64,000 bases of DNA, taken from assembly GCA_902602695.1 (NCBI GenBank), contig CACKRO010000001.1:30672-94671 (forward strand). The letters are read 5' to 3'. This stretch comes from an uncultured Alphaproteobacteria bacterium (GTDB lineage Bacteria > Pseudomonadota > Alphaproteobacteria > HIMB59 > GCA-002718135). The notes under the pieces are model-generated. The model ran no database searches and was not told where the DNA came from. It was given only the letters and a program-made list of their open reading frames with translations. Position 1 is the first letter of the stretch. Every line of letters starts with the position of its first letter. Shown in pieces: positions 52,587 through 64,000 of this stretch. Made by a program: the position numbers and the translations under genes.

Positions 52587-55500
52587 GTGAGTCTAGACCA
52601 TATAAACAGTAAAAAGATAAGAAAATCATTTGGTAAAATCCCTCTAGTAGCTTCTTTGCCGAATTTAGTAGAAGTGCAAAAAAGGTCATTTGATAATTTT
52701 TTACAGCTTAGAACTGACCCTGATAATAGAGAAAATATTGGTCTTCATTCAATTTTTAAATCTGTATTTCCAATTCATGATTATACTGAAAGAGCTACCG
52801 TAGATTATGTAAGTTACAACCTTGGTGTTCCTAAATATGATGTTGATGAATGTGTACAAAGAGGAATGACATATGGCACTCCTCTTTTAGTAAATTTTCG
52901 GTTAATTATTTGGGATATTGATGAAATTGCTGGAACAAAATCTGTCAGAGATATAAAAGAGCAAGAAGTGTATATGGGTGACATTCCACTCATGACCAAA
53001 AATGCAACTTTTGTTATAAATGGAACTGAAAGAGTTGTAGTTAGTCAAATGCACCGTTCCCCAGGTGTATTCTTCGATCATGATTATGGAAAAACTCATA
53101 CTAGTGGAAAATATCTTTTCAATGCAAGAATTATTCCATATCGCGGTTCCTGGTTAGATTTTGAACATGATGCAAAAAATAATATTCATGCAAGAATTGA
53201 CAGAAAAAGAAAGTTTCCAGTAACAACTTTATTAAAGTGCCTGCTGAGTGATTTGTCTTTAAGTTATATTAAAGAATGTGAAATAAAGAAGATAGAACCT
53301 GATCCAAAAAGGATACTTGGGATGTCAGGTGAAGAAATTTTATCATTGTTTTATGAGAATACTGTTTATAAAAAAAATGAATTTGGCTGGTCTTTTAAAC
53401 AAGACTTATCTTTTTTTAAAGGAAAAATTTTAAATTATGACTTACTTGATTCTAAAACTGGCAAGATTATTTTTAACAAAGGTACAAAATTAAATCAAAA
53501 ATTAATTAATGACTTAAAAAAGAAAAATATTGTGAACATTACATTACCCGAAGAGTCTTTATTAGGTTTTTACTTATCTGCAGATATAATTGATGAAAAA
53601 ACAGGAAAAATTTTCTTTGAAGCTGGTTATGAAATTGATGAAGACTTCATTGAATTTATAAATGATAAAAGTATTAATAAAATAGATTTATTAAAAGTAG
53701 ATAATATTGAAATTGGTTCGTACATAAGAAATACTTTACAATTAGACAAAGCCAGATCAAGAGAAGAGGCTCTTTTTGAGGTTTTCAAAATTTTAAGACC
53801 TGGTGAGCCACCAACAATAGAAACCGCAGAAAATCTTTTTAATAACCTTTTTTTTAATTCAGACAGATATGATCTTTCATCTGTAGGTAGATTGAAAATA
53901 AATGCAAAATTTAAAAAAAATACATCAATTGAACAAAGAATACTTGATAAGAGCGATATTTTAGATGTTGTTAAACACATGCATAACTTAGTTGATGGTA
54001 AAGGTGAGATTGATGATATTGACCACTTGGCAAACAGAAGAGTAAGATCTGTAGGAGAGCTATTAGAAAATCAATATAGAATTGGTTTATTAAAAATGGA
54101 TAGAGCAATAAAGGAGAGATTAAGTTCTCTTGAAGTCGACAATATTATGCCTCAAGACATAGTAAACGCAAAGCCAGTTGTTGCATCAATAAAGGAATTC
54201 TTTGGCCTTAGTCAACTTAGTCAATTTATGGATCAAACTAACCCATTGAGTGAAATAACTCATAAAAGAAGGGTATCAGCTTTAGGGCCAGGTGGTCTAA
54301 ATAGAGAAAGAGCTGGCTTTGAAGTTAGAGACGTTCATCAAACTCACTACGGAAGAATATGCCCAATTGAAACACCAGAAGGTGCTAATATTGGTTTAAT
54401 TAACAGTTTGGCTTCATATTCTAGAATTAACAAATATGGTTTTATAGAAACTCCATATAGAATTGTAAATTCTGGCAAAGTAACTGATAAGGTAATTTAT
54501 CTTAGTGCTATTGATGAAGAAGATTTTGTCATTGCGCAAGCTAATGCGGAAGTTGACTCAAAAGGTAAATTTGCCAAAGAAATTGTAAGCTGTAGAAAAA
54601 ATGGTGAGTTTATTAATGTAGATAAAGATGTAATAGATTTGATGGATGTTTCACCTCAACAATTAGTTTCTGTCGCCTCTTCACTAATACCATTCTTAGA
54701 GAATGATGATGCTAACAGAGCTTTAATGGGTTCTAATATGATGAGACAGGCAGTTCCACTTATTAAACCAAAGGCTCCATTAGTTGGAACTGGTATGGAG
54801 TATACAGTTGCAAATGACAGCGGCTCAACAATTGTTGCAAAAAGAGAAGGGATAGTCGATCAACTTGACGCTAATAGAATTGTAATAAGAATAACAGATA
54901 AAAACGATAAAACACTCAACAAAATTGATATTTACAATTTGTCAAAATTTCAAAGATCAAACCAAAACACTTGTATTACGCAACGTCCTCTCGTCAATGT
55001 AGGTGATAAAATTAAAAAAAACCAAGTAATTGCTGATGGTCCTGCCACTGATCTTGGTGAACTCGCTTTAGGTAGAAATGTTTTAGCTGCATTTATGCCT
55101 TGGAACGGATATAATTTTGAAGACTCAATTCTAATTTCAGAGAAAGTTGTACAAGAGGATGTTTTCACATCAATACACGTTGAAGAATTTGAAGTAATGT
55201 CAAGAGATACAAAATTAGGCCCTGAAGAAATAACAAGAGATATTCCAAATGCTAGTGAAGAAATGTTGGTAAATTTGGACGAAACTGGTATCGTATACGT
55301 AGGAGCTGAAGTTAATTCTGGTGATATATTGGTTGGGAAAGTAACTCCAAAAGGTGAATCTCCAATGACACCTGAAGAAAAATTACTTAGAGCAATTTTT
55401 GGAGAAAAAGCAGCAGATGTTAAAGATACAAGTTTAAGGGTTCCGCCGGGCGTAAAAGGTACTATTGTTGAAATAAGAGTTTTTTCCAGGAGAGGTATAG

Positions 55501-56792
55501 AAAAAGACGAAAGAGCTGTAAGTATTGAAAACCATCAAATTGAAGTAATTGCTAGAGATAGAGATGATGAGCTCAAAATACTTGAAAAAAGTTTTGGTAA
55601 CCATCTTAGAGAACTTCTTAGCAATCAAACATTTATATCTGGTTTTGATAGTATTGAAAAAAACTCACAAATTAAATTTGAGCAAATCGAAAGCCTAAGT
55701 TTGAATGATTTACTAAAGATAAATATATCTGACGAAAAAAAGAATAACCAAATCGAAGCTTTAGTAAAAAACTATGAAAATCAACTTGGAAATATAAATC
55801 AGAAGTTTGAAAATAAAATTGACAAAATTCAAAGTGGTGATGAGTTGTTACCCGGGGTATTAAAACTTATTAAGGTCTTTATCTCGGTTAAACGAAAACT
55901 TCAACCTGGTGATAAAATGGCAGGAAGACATGGTAATAAAGGTGTTATATCTAAAATTTGTCCAGTTGAAGATATGCCGTATCTAGAAGATGGGACACCT
56001 GTTGACATAGTTTTAAATCCTTTAGGTGTGCCAAGTAGAATGAATATTGGTCAAATACTTGAGACTCATTTAGGTTGGGCTTCTGCTTCTTTGGGTAGAC
56101 AAGTCAATGATATGATCAAAAAAATCCAATCTGAAGGACAAACTAAAGATTTAAGAAATAAACTTCTAGAAATTTACGACCTGGATGAACATAAAGCATT
56201 AATAAAGAATATGAATGATGATGATATTCTAGAATTAGGTAATAATCTAAAAGACGGCATTCCATTTGCTACTCCAGTTTTTGATGGTGCTAAAGAAAAG
56301 GATATTACCAGTTTACTAGATCAATCAGGTGTATCGAGAACAGGTCAAGAGATTTTATATGATGGTATAACAGGTAATAAATTTGAAAGACCAGTAACTG
56401 TTGGTTATATGTATATGCTTAAACTCCATCATTTGGTTGACGAAAAAATACATGCCAGATCAATTGGTCCATATAGTTTGGTAACTCAACAACCTCTTGG
56501 CGGTAAAGCTCAGTTTGGAGGACAAAGGTTTGGTGAGATGGAAGTATGGGCATTAGAAGCTTATGGTGCTGCATACACCTTACAAGAAATTTTAACAATT
56601 AAATCAGATGACGTGGCAGGTAGAACAAAAGTTTATGAGTCAATTGTTAAAGGTGATAATAATTTTGAGTCTGGTACGCCTGAGTCTTTTAATGTAATGG
56701 TAAAAGAACTAAGGTCGCTAGGTCTTAACTTAGATTTTAAAGAAAATCTTAAAGATAATAACATAACAAACTTAATAGGATCTAATGAATAA
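52587..56792 (+). CDS. rpoB: RNA polymerase beta subunit
   Basis: GTG 52587 after SD AAGGAG; [29 protein letters not shown]. Confidence 0.98.
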   Translation: MSLDHINSKKIRKSFGKIPLVASLPNLVEVQKRSFDNFLQLRTDPDNRENIGLHSIFKSVFPIHDYTERATVDYVSYNLGVPKYDVDECVQRGMTYGTPLLVNFRLIIWDIDEIAGTKSVRDIKEQEVYMGDIPLMTKNATFVINGTERVVVSQMHRSPGVFFDHDYGKTHTSGKYLFNARIIPYRGSWLDFEHDAKNNIHARIDRKRKFPVTTLLKCLLSDLSLSYIKECEIKKIEPDPKRILGMSGEEILSLFYENTVYKKNEFGWSFKQDLSFFKGKILNYDLLDSKTGKIIFNKGTKLNQKLINDLKKKNIVNITLPEESLLGFYLSADIIDEKTGKIFFEAGYEIDEDFIEFINDKSINKIDLLKVDNIEIGSYIRNTLQLDKARSREEALFEVFKILRPGEPPTIETAENLFNNLFFNSDRYDLSSVGRLKINAKFKKNTSIEQRILDKSDILDVVKHMHNLVDGKGEIDDIDHLANRRVRSVGELLENQYRIGLLKMDRAIKERLSSLEVDNIMPQDIVNAKPVVASIKEFFGLSQLSQFMDQTNPLSEITHKRRVSALGPGGLNRERAGFEVRDVHQTHYGRICPIETPEGANIGLINSLASYSRINKYGFIETPYRIVNSGKVTDKVIYLSAIDEEDFVIAQANAEVDSKGKFAKEIVSCRKNGEFINVDKDVIDLMDVSPQQLVSVASSLIPFLENDDANRALMGSNMMRQAVPLIKPKAPLVGTGMEYTVANDSGSTIVAKREGIVDQLDANRIVIRITDKNDKTLNKIDIYNLSKFQRSNQNTCITQRPLVNVGDKIKKNQVIADGPATDLGELALGRNVLAAFMPWNGYNFEDSILISEKVVQEDVFTSIHVEEFEVMSRDTKLGPEEITRDIPNASEEMLVNLDETGIVYVGAEVNSGDILVGKVTPKGESPMTPEEKLLRAIFGEKAADVKDTSLRVPPGVKGTIVEIRVFSRRGIEKDERAVSIENHQIEVIARDRDDELKILEKSFGNHLRELLSNQTFISGFDSIEKNSQIKFEQIESLSLNDLLKINISDEKKNNQIEALVKNYENQLGNINQKFENKIDKIQSGDELLPGVLKLIKVFISVKRKLQPGDKMAGRHGNKGVISKICPVEDMPYLEDGTPVDIVLNPLGVPSRMNIGQILETHLGWASASLGRQVNDMIKKIQSEGQTKDLRNKLLEIYDLDEHKALIKNMNDDDILELGNNLKDGIPFATPVFDGAKEKDITSLLDQSGVSRTGQEILYDGITGNKFERPVTVGYMYMLKLHHLVDEKIHARSIGPYSLVTQQPLGGKAQFGGQRFGEMEVWALEAYGAAYTLQEILTIKSDDVAGRTKVYESIVKGDNNFESGTPESFNVMVKELRSLGLNLDFKENLKDNNITNLIGSNE

Positions 56793-59700
56793 AGAACTTA
56801 CAAATATTTTTAACCAGAATTTAGGTGTTCAAAACTTTAATAGTCTTAAAATATCAATTGCAAGTCCAGATGATATTAGATCATGGTCATTTGGTGAAAT
56901 TAAAAAGCCTGAAACAATAAACTATCGAACTTTTAAGCCTGAAAAAGATGGACTTTTTTGTTCTAGAATTTTTGGCCCAGTTAAAGATTACGAATGTTTA
57001 TGTGGCAAATATAAAAGAATGAAGTTCAGAGGAATTATTTGTGAAAAATGTGGGGTTGAAGTTACACTTTCAAAAGTAAGAAGAGATAGAATGGGTCATA
57101 TTGAGTTAGCAGCACCTGTATCACATATATGGTTCATGAAATCTTTGCCAAGTAGAATCGCAACACTCTTAGATATGACAATAAAAAATCTTGAAAAGGT
57201 TTTATACTTCGAACAATTTATTGTTGTAGAGCCTGGACTGACAGATTTAAAAAAAGGTGAAATTATATCTGAAGAACAATATATTGATTATCAAGATGAG
57301 TATGGAGAAGATTCATTTAGCGCAGCAATTGGTGCTGAAGCTATTGAGCAAATGTTAGTTAGTATAGATTTAGAAAGTGATTATAATCAGCTAAAAATTG
57401 ATTTGACTGAAACAAAATCTGAATTAAAGAAAACCAAAATTACTAAAAGACTTAAGTTAATTGAATCTTTTATTATTTCAAAAAATAAACCTGAATGGAT
57501 GATTTTAAAAGTTTTACCAGTGATACCTCCAGAACTAAGACCTTTAGTTCCACTTGATGGTGGTAGGTTTGCTACAAGTGACTTAAATGATCTTTATAGG
57601 AGAGTTATAAATAGAAATAATAGATTAAAAAGACTAATTGATCTTAGGGCTCCAGACATTATCATTAGAAATGAAAAAAGAATGCTTCAAGAATCAGTTG
57701 ATGCATTATTTGACAATGGAAGAAGAGGTAGAGTTATTACATCAACTAATAAAAGACCTCTAAAATCTCTTTCTGATATGCTAAAAGGTAAGCAAGGTAG
57801 ATTTAGACAAAATCTTCTTGGTAAAAGAGTGGATTATTCTGGAAGATCTGTAATTGTTGTTGGTCCAAATTTAAAACTTCATCAATGTGGTATTCCAAAA
57901 AAAATGGCACTTGAATTATTTAAACCTTTTATTTTTCATAAGCTTGATGTTTATGGTTGGGCAAATACTATTAAAGCCGCAAAAAAACTTGTTGAAAAAG
58001 AGGATCCAAGAGTTTGGGATATTTTAGAAGAGGTAATAAGGGAACATCCAATCCTTCTTAATAGAGCTCCAACTTTACATAGATTAGGTATTCAAGCATT
58101 TGAGCCAACATTAATTGAAGGTAAGTCAATCCAATTACATCCGCTAGTGTGTACAGCTTTTAATGCTGATTTTGATGGTGATCAAATGGCAGTTCATGTT
58201 CCTTTGAGTCTCGAAGCTCAGCTTGAAGCAAGAGTACTGATGATGAGTACAAACAACATTCTACATCCAGCAAGTGGCAAACCAATTATAGTTCCTTCTC
58301 AAGATATTATTTTGGGAATTTATTACTTATCAATTATCAGAGAAAAACAAATTGGAGAGGGACGAAGTTTTGTTGATTTAAATGAAATATTAAAAGCTTT
58401 AGAAAATAATGACATCTCACTTCATTCAAAAATTATAGCAAGAATAGAAACATATGAAGGAAACTTGCTAAAAATAGAAACCACTCCAGGAAGAATGATA
58501 TTAGGAAATATTTTACCAAAGAATAAAAATATAAATTATGAAATGATAAATAAAGTACTTACAAAAAAGGAAGTTAGTAACATAATCGACACAGTTTATA
58601 GATTTTGTGGCCAAAAAGAGACTGTCTTATTTGCTGATCATATTATGCAAATTGGATTTAAATATGCTGCAATAGCTGGAATTTCATTTGGAAAAGATGA
58701 TCTTATTATTCCGTCTGATAAAAATGATCTTTTAAATACTACACAGTTAAAAGTTCAAGAATATGAAGAACAATATCAAGATGGATTAATTACTCAAGGA
58801 GAAAAGTATAATAAAGTAGTTGACGCTTGGTCAGAGTGCACCAATAGAGTTGCTGACAAGATGTTAGATGTAATTTCAAATCCTTCTGATGATCAACCTA
58901 TTAACTCTGTTTATATGATGGCACACTCCGGAGCTCGAGGATCAGCTGCCCAACTAAAACAATTATCAGGAATGAGAGGCTTAATGGCAAAGCCATCTGG
59001 CGAAATTATTGAAAACCCTATCAAATCTAATTTTAAAGAAGGCTTATCAGTCCTTGAGTATTTCACGTCAACTCATGGAGCACGAAAAGGTCTTGCAGAT
59101 ACTGCTCTTAAAACAGCTAGTAGTGGATATTTAACTAGAAGATTAGTAGATGTTGCTCAAGATGCAGTCATTAGAGAACAAGATTGCAAAACTAATAAGG
59201 GTGTAATAGTAGAAGAAATAGTTGAATCAGGAAATATAACATCACCTTTAACAGAAAGAATATTGGGTAGAACACCAGTTGAAAACATTATTGATGAAAA
59301 TCAACACACTATTGTTAATGCAGGTGAAATTATTTCTGAAAAACACTTAGACCCTATATCAAAATTAGGAATTAGATCATTAAAAATTAGATCTGTACTA
59401 ACTTGTGAGACAGAAAATGGAATTTGCTCAATTTGCTATGGAAGAGATCTAGCTAGAGGGACACCTGTTAATGTAGGTGAAGCTGTAGGTATTATAGCCG
59501 CACAATCTATTGGAGAACCTGGTACTCAATTAACTATGAGAACCTTCCACATTGGTGGTGCTGCAAGTTCTTCTGTGGAACAATCTAATACTACTGCAGC
59601 AGTATCAGGAACTGTAAATTTAGAGAACATTAAAATTATTGAAGATAAATTTAAAAATAAAATTGTTTTAAGCAGAAATGCAAAAATAAAGATCGTAGAT

Positions 59701-60903
59701 GAAAATGATGAAAAATATTCAACCAATATCCCTTTTGGCTCGAAGATACTTGTTAATGATAATGATAAAGTTGAAAACAATCAATTATTAGCAGAATGGG
59801 ATCCATATACTCTACCTATAATTGCTGAAAGAAATGGATATGTAAAATATGTAGACTTAAAACAAGGAATCTCTTTTAGAGAATCAATTGATGATACTAC
59901 TGGAATTTCTAGCAAGATTGTTATTGATTGGAGCCAGAATCAAAAGAGTAAGAATTTTAAACCAGCTATTAATATCGTAGATAACTTAACAGATGAGAAC
60001 ATAGATGAAGCAAATTTATCAAATTATCCTATGTCGATTGATTCAATTTTAAGTGTCGAAGATGGACAAGAAGTTTCTGCTGGTCAAGTCATAGCAAGAA
60101 TTCCAAAAGAATCATCTAAAACAAAAGATATAACAGGTGGATTACCAAGAGTTGCAGAATTGTTTGAAGCAAGAAAACCAAAAGATCCTGCTATTATGTG
60201 TGAAATAGATGGTAAAATTTCATTTGGTAAAGATTATAAAAATAAAAGAAGAGTTATTATTACTTCTTTAGATGAAAAAGAAACTTTTGAAACCTTGATA
60301 CCTAGATCAAAATATTTAAATGTTCAGGAAGAAGATTTTGTAAAAAAAGGTGACATTCTTGTTGAAGGAACTCCAGTGCCTCACGATATTTTAAGAATCT
60401 TGGGTGTTGAAGAATTAGCTAGGTATCTAGTTAGAGAAGTACAATCTGTATATAAGTTACAAGGTGTTTACATCAATGATAAACATATTGAAACAATAGC
60501 AAGACAGATGTTGCAAAAAGTTCTAGTTAAAGAATCAGGTGATTCAAGTCTTATTGTCGGTGAACAAATTCAAAAAAGAGATGTTTTAAAGCTTAATAAA
60601 ATTTTGAATGACGAAGGAAAGAAACAAGTTGTATTTGAGCCAGTTTTATTAGGTATTACAAAAGCTAGCTTACAAACTAGTTCATTTATATCTGCTGCTT
60701 CATTTCAAGAAACAACTAAAGTACTTACGGATGCTGCTACTTTAGGTAAAGTAGATACTTTGAATGGACTTAAAGAGAATGTAATTGTTGGTAGACTTAT
60801 CCCTGCTGGGACAGGTAAAATGACAACAGATTATGAAAACATAGCATTTGAAAGAGATAGCGAATTAATCAATAAAAATAGTTCAGAAAATTCAGAAATT
60901 TAG
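56785..60903 (+). CDS. rpoC: RNA polymerase beta' subunit
   Basis: NADFDGD, Zn-finger [18 protein letters not shown]. Confidence 0.98.
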   Translation: MNKELTNIFNQNLGVQNFNSLKISIASPDDIRSWSFGEIKKPETINYRTFKPEKDGLFCSRIFGPVKDYECLCGKYKRMKFRGIICEKCGVEVTLSKVRRDRMGHIELAAPVSHIWFMKSLPSRIATLLDMTIKNLEKVLYFEQFIVVEPGLTDLKKGEIISEEQYIDYQDEYGEDSFSAAIGAEAIEQMLVSIDLESDYNQLKIDLTETKSELKKTKITKRLKLIESFIISKNKPEWMILKVLPVIPPELRPLVPLDGGRFATSDLNDLYRRVINRNNRLKRLIDLRAPDIIIRNEKRMLQESVDALFDNGRRGRVITSTNKRPLKSLSDMLKGKQGRFRQNLLGKRVDYSGRSVIVVGPNLKLHQCGIPKKMALELFKPFIFHKLDVYGWANTIKAAKKLVEKEDPRVWDILEEVIREHPILLNRAPTLHRLGIQAFEPTLIEGKSIQLHPLVCTAFNADFDGDQMAVHVPLSLEAQLEARVLMMSTNNILHPASGKPIIVPSQDIILGIYYLSIIREKQIGEGRSFVDLNEILKALENNDISLHSKIIARIETYEGNLLKIETTPGRMILGNILPKNKNINYEMINKVLTKKEVSNIIDTVYRFCGQKETVLFADHIMQIGFKYAAIAGISFGKDDLIIPSDKNDLLNTTQLKVQEYEEQYQDGLITQGEKYNKVVDAWSECTNRVADKMLDVISNPSDDQPINSVYMMAHSGARGSAAQLKQLSGMRGLMAKPSGEIIENPIKSNFKEGLSVLEYFTSTHGARKGLADTALKTASSGYLTRRLVDVAQDAVIREQDCKTNKGVIVEEIVESGNITSPLTERILGRTPVENIIDENQHTIVNAGEIISEKHLDPISKLGIRSLKIRSVLTCETENGICSICYGRDLARGTPVNVGEAVGIIAAQSIGEPGTQLTMRTFHIGGAASSSVEQSNTTAAVSGTVNLENIKIIEDKFKNKIVLSRNAKIKIVDENDEKYSTNIPFGSKILVNDNDKVENNQLLAEWDPYTLPIIAERNGYVKYVDLKQGISFRESIDDTTGISSKIVIDWSQNQKSKNFKPAINIVDNLTDENIDEANLSNYPMSIDSILSVEDGQEVSAGQVIARIPKESSKTKDITGGLPRVAELFEARKPKDPAIMCEIDGKISFGKDYKNKRRVIITSLDEKETFETLIPRSKYLNVQEEDFVKKGDILVEGTPVPHDILRILGVEELARYLVREVQSVYKLQGVYINDKHIETIARQMLQKVLVKESGDSSLIVGEQIQKRDVLKLNKILNDEGKKQVVFEPVLLGITKASLQTSSFISAASFQETTKVLTDAATLGKVDTLNGLKENVIVGRLIPAGTGKMTTDYENIAFERDSELINKNSSENSEI

Positions 60904-60922
60904 TAATTTTAGGCATATCTTC

Positions 60923-60951
60923 TTGACTTTTTTCAAATCAATTAATAAAGA
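60923..60951 (+). promoter_or_regulatory. putative sigma-70 promoter for rpsL operon
   Basis: TTGACT (60923-60928)-N17-TAAAGA (60946-60951); -10 lacks the -7 T, as is common in Alphaproteobacteria. Confidence 0.45.
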
Positions 60952-61009
60952 CCCCTACGATTTGTTAAAGGTCGTGGATTAAATTCCAAACACTTAACTA
61001 GAGGGGAAA

Positions 61010-61381
61010 ATGCCAACTATAAACCAACTTGTTAGAAAAGGTAGATCTGCTGTTAAAAAAAGGAACAAAGTTCCAGCGCTCGATAAAAGTCCTCAGAAGA
61101 GAGGTGTTTGCACAAGGGTTTATACAACAACTCCTAAAAAACCAAATTCAGCGTTAAGAAAAGTTGCCAGAGTTAAACTTACTAATGGACAAGAAGTTTC
61201 TGCTTATATTCCAGGTGAAGGCCACAACTTACAAGAGCACTCTGTTGTATTAATAAGAGGTGGGCGAGTTAAAGATTTACCTGGAGTTAGATACCATATC
61301 TTAAGAGGAACACTTGATACTCAAGGAGTTTCATCCAGAAAACAAAGAAGATCGCTTTATGGAGCAAAACGTCCAAAGTAA
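61010..61381 (+). CDS. rpsL: 30S ribosomal protein S12
   Basis: [28 protein letters not shown]. Confidence 0.98.
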   Translation: MPTINQLVRKGRSAVKKRNKVPALDKSPQKRGVCTRVYTTTPKKPNSALRKVARVKLTNGQEVSAYIPGEGHNLQEHSVVLIRGGRVKDLPGVRYHILRGTLDTQGVSSRKQRRSLYGAKRPK

Positions 61382-61383
61382 AT

Positions 61384-61854
61384 ATGTCTAGAAGAAGAGC
61401 AGCAGAAAAAAGAACTATATTACCTGATCACAAGTATAAAGATCTAGTATTAGCTAAATTTATGAATAGAATTATGCTTGATGGAAAAAAATCATCTTCT
61501 GAAAGAATTGTATACGGAGCATTTGATATTGTATCAAAAAAAACAGATAAAACTCCTATTGAATTTTTTCACGAAGCTTTAAACAACGTAAAACCATCCT
61601 TAGAAGTTAGGTCTCGTAGAGTAGGGGGTGCTACTTATCAAGTTCCAATGGAAGTTAGACCAAAAAGAGCTCAAACTCTTGCTATGAAATGGATTGTAGA
61701 CTCAGCTACCAAAAGAAATGAAAAAACTATGAGAGAAAGAGTTGCAAACGAAATAATTGATGCTTTTAATAACAAAGGTAATGCAGTAAAAAAAAGAGAA
61801 GAAACTCACAAAATGGCTGATGCAAATAGAGCCTTTTCACACTTTAGATGGTAA
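61384..61854 (+). CDS. rpsG: 30S ribosomal protein S7
   Basis: [21 protein letters not shown]. Confidence 0.98.
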   Translation: MSRRRAAEKRTILPDHKYKDLVLAKFMNRIMLDGKKSSSERIVYGAFDIVSKKTDKTPIEFFHEALNNVKPSLEVRSRRVGGATYQVPMEVRPKRAQTLAMKWIVDSATKRNEKTMRERVANEIIDAFNNKGNAVKKREETHKMADANRAFSHFRW

Positions 61855-61860
61855 TAATTT

Positions 61861-63939
61861 ATGACTAGATCTCATCCTTTAGAAAAATATAGAAACATTG
61901 GCATCATGGCACATATAGATGCTGGTAAAACAACAACAACTGAACGAATTTTATATTACACTGGAAAATCTCATAAGATTGGTGAAGTTCACGATGGTGC
62001 TGCTACAATGGATTGGATGGAGCAAGAGCAAGAAAGAGGAATAACTATAACTTCTGCGGCTACAACATGTTTTTGGAATGATCACAGAATTAATATAATT
62101 GATACTCCCGGACATGTTGATTTTACTATTGAAGTTGAGAGATCACTAAAAGTATTGGATGGAGCTGTTGCTGTTTTTGATGGTGTTGCCGGAGTTGAAC
62201 CTCAGTCTGAAACTGTGTGGCGACAAGCTGATAAATATAAAGTTCCAAGAATGTGCTTTGTAAACAAATTAGATAGAACAGGTGCAAACTTCTTTATGTG
62301 TGTTGATATGATTTCAGAAAGATTAGGATCTTATCCTCTTGTAACCCAATTACCTATAGGTATTGAAAGTAATTTAAAAGGTGTAGTAGATCTTGTATCT
62401 AATAAAGCTATTATTTGGCAAGATGAAAGTTTAGGTGCTAAATTTGATATCGTTGATATACCTGAAGATATGAAGGAAGAAGTATCTAAATATAGAGAAA
62501 AATTAATTGAAAAAGCCATTGAAGAAGATGATTCAATAATGGAAAAATATTTGGAAGGTACTGAACCAAGCACGGAAGAAATAAAAAAATGTATAAGAAA
62601 AGGAACTTTACGTGGATCTTTTGTGCCAGTTCTCACAGGGTCTGCATTTAAAAATAAAGGCGTTCAACCTCTCTTAGATGCTGTCGTTGACTATATGCCT
62701 TCTCCCACCGATGTATCTAATGTTAAGGGTGTTGATGTAAATGATGATAGTTTAGAACTAAGCAGAAGTTGTGGAGATGATGAGCCATTTAGTGCATTAG
62801 CTTTTAAAATCATGACTGATCCATTTGTTGGAAGCTTAACTTTTGCAAGGATATACTCTGGTTCTATAAATACTAAAGATACTGTTCTAAACTCTAACTC
62901 AGGAAAAAAAGAAAATATTGGAAGAATGCTATTAATGCACGCAAATAACAGAGAAGAAATAAAAACTGCTAACGCAGGAGATATTGTGGCTTTGGTTGGA
63001 CTAAAAGATGTAACAACAGGAGAGACATTATGCGCTGTAGATAAACCAATTATTCTAGAAAAAATGGATTTTCCTGACCCCGTTATTGAGGTTGCTGTCG
63101 AACCAAAAACTAAAGTAGATCATGAAAAAATGGGACAAGCCCTTGGAAGACTTGCTCAAGAAGACCCTAGTTTTAGAGTCACAACAGATCATGAAAGTGG
63201 GCAGACCATAATTAAAGGTATGGGGGAACTTCATTTAGAAATTTTAGTTGATAGAATGAAAAGAGAATTCAAGGTAGAGGCAAATGTTGGAGCACCTCAA
63301 GTAGCTTATAGGGAGACTATATCTAATTCATTTGATGTTGACTATACTCATAAAAAACAATCAGGTGGAGCAGGTCAATTTGCTAGAGTTAAGATAAAAT
63401 TTGAACCAGGAGAACCAGGTAGTGGTTATGAATTTATTAATCAGATTAAAGGTGGAAACATACCTACAGAACATATACCTGGCGTTGAAAAAGGTTTAGT
63501 TGCTCAACAACAAACAGGTGTTATAGCCGGTTTTCCATGTATAGATTTTAAAGCAACATTATATGATGGAGCATATCATGATGTTGATTCAAGTGTTCTC
63601 GCCTTTGAAATAGCTGCAAGAGCCGCTTTTAGAGAAGGTATTTCCAAAGCTAAGCCTGTTTTATTAGAACCAATGATGAAGGTAGAAGTTGTAACTCCTG
63701 AAGAATACATGGGTGATGTCATTGGTGATCTAAATAGTAGAAGAGGTCAAGTTCAAGAAATGTCCACTAGAGGTAATGCAAATGTTGTTGATGCTATGGT
63801 GCCTCTTGCAAACATGTTCGGTTATGTAAACAACCTTAGATCATTATCTCAAGGTAGGGCAAATTATACAATGCAATTTGATCATTATGAAGAAGTACCT
63901 TCAAATGTTGCAGAAGAAGTAAAGGCTAAGCTGGCATAA
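61861..63939 (+). CDS. fusA: elongation factor G
   Basis: [25 protein letters not shown]. Confidence 0.98.
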   Translation: MTRSHPLEKYRNIGIMAHIDAGKTTTTERILYYTGKSHKIGEVHDGAATMDWMEQEQERGITITSAATTCFWNDHRINIIDTPGHVDFTIEVERSLKVLDGAVAVFDGVAGVEPQSETVWRQADKYKVPRMCFVNKLDRTGANFFMCVDMISERLGSYPLVTQLPIGIESNLKGVVDLVSNKAIIWQDESLGAKFDIVDIPEDMKEEVSKYREKLIEKAIEEDDSIMEKYLEGTEPSTEEIKKCIRKGTLRGSFVPVLTGSAFKNKGVQPLLDAVVDYMPSPTDVSNVKGVDVNDDSLELSRSCGDDEPFSALAFKIMTDPFVGSLTFARIYSGSINTKDTVLNSNSGKKENIGRMLLMHANNREEIKTANAGDIVALVGLKDVTTGETLCAVDKPIILEKMDFPDPVIEVAVEPKTKVDHEKMGQALGRLAQEDPSFRVTTDHESGQTIIKGMGELHLEILVDRMKREFKVEANVGAPQVAYRETISNSFDVDYTHKKQSGGAGQFARVKIKFEPGEPGSGYEFINQIKGGNIPTEHIPGVEKGLVAQQQTGVIAGFPCIDFKATLYDGAYHDVDSSVLAFEIAARAAFREGISKAKPVLLEPMMKVEVVTPEEYMGDVIGDLNSRRGQVQEMSTRGNANVVDAMVPLANMFGYVNNLRSLSQGRANYTMQFDHYEEVPSNVAEEVKAKLA

Positions 63940-64000
63940 TGGAAAATCAAAACATTAGAATAAGATTAAGAGGTTATGACAATTCACTACTAGATAACAG
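63939..64000 (+). CDS. rpsJ: 30S ribosomal protein S10, N-terminal part (runs off window)
   Basis: ATG overlapping fusA TAA; [20 protein letters not shown]. Confidence 0.85.
   Translation, partial: MENQNIRIRLRGYDNSLLDN

Noticed and set aside
60952-61006. CCCCT/AGGGG pairing that would sequester the rpsL SD
   Set aside because: CCCCT lies right after the putative -10 and is probably upstream of the transcription start; only a weak G-U-rich hairpin remains.

Overview
AT-rich, very tightly packed chromosome segment from a streamlined alphaproteobacterium. The gene style resembles marine SAR11/HIMB59/'MarineAlpha'-like lineages; this is an inference from composition, gene content and synteny. 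Contents in order: partial metF, trhO, rpmG, a photolyase + FAD oxidoreductase + DUF1365 + Cfa-type methyltransferase + DUF2878 operon (furan-fatty-acid/photo-oxidative stress-like), trcR, rpmE, suhB-efp, gap-tkt, zapA-ygfA-ymdB-yebC, tol-pal, tilS-ftsH-glmM-hisZ-purA, rpoH-rluD, xseB-tlyA, aroC-fabI, pdxH, pyrE, a sulfur-transporter cluster, a probably tungsten-type NAD-linked formate dehydrogenase cluster with cofactor genes, four tRNAs, and the tuf-secE-nusG-rplKAJL-rpoBC-rpsLG-fusA-rpsJ block. The strongest observation is a 97-aa archaeal/phage Hjc-like PD-(D/E)XK nuclease gene lying exactly where ruvC-ruvA-ruvB(-ybgC) normally lie between yebC and tolQ, which suggests non-orthologous replacement of RuvABC. 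No mobile element, prophage, CRISPR array or rRNA was seen. All family assignments come from motif recognition and synteny, not from database searches.
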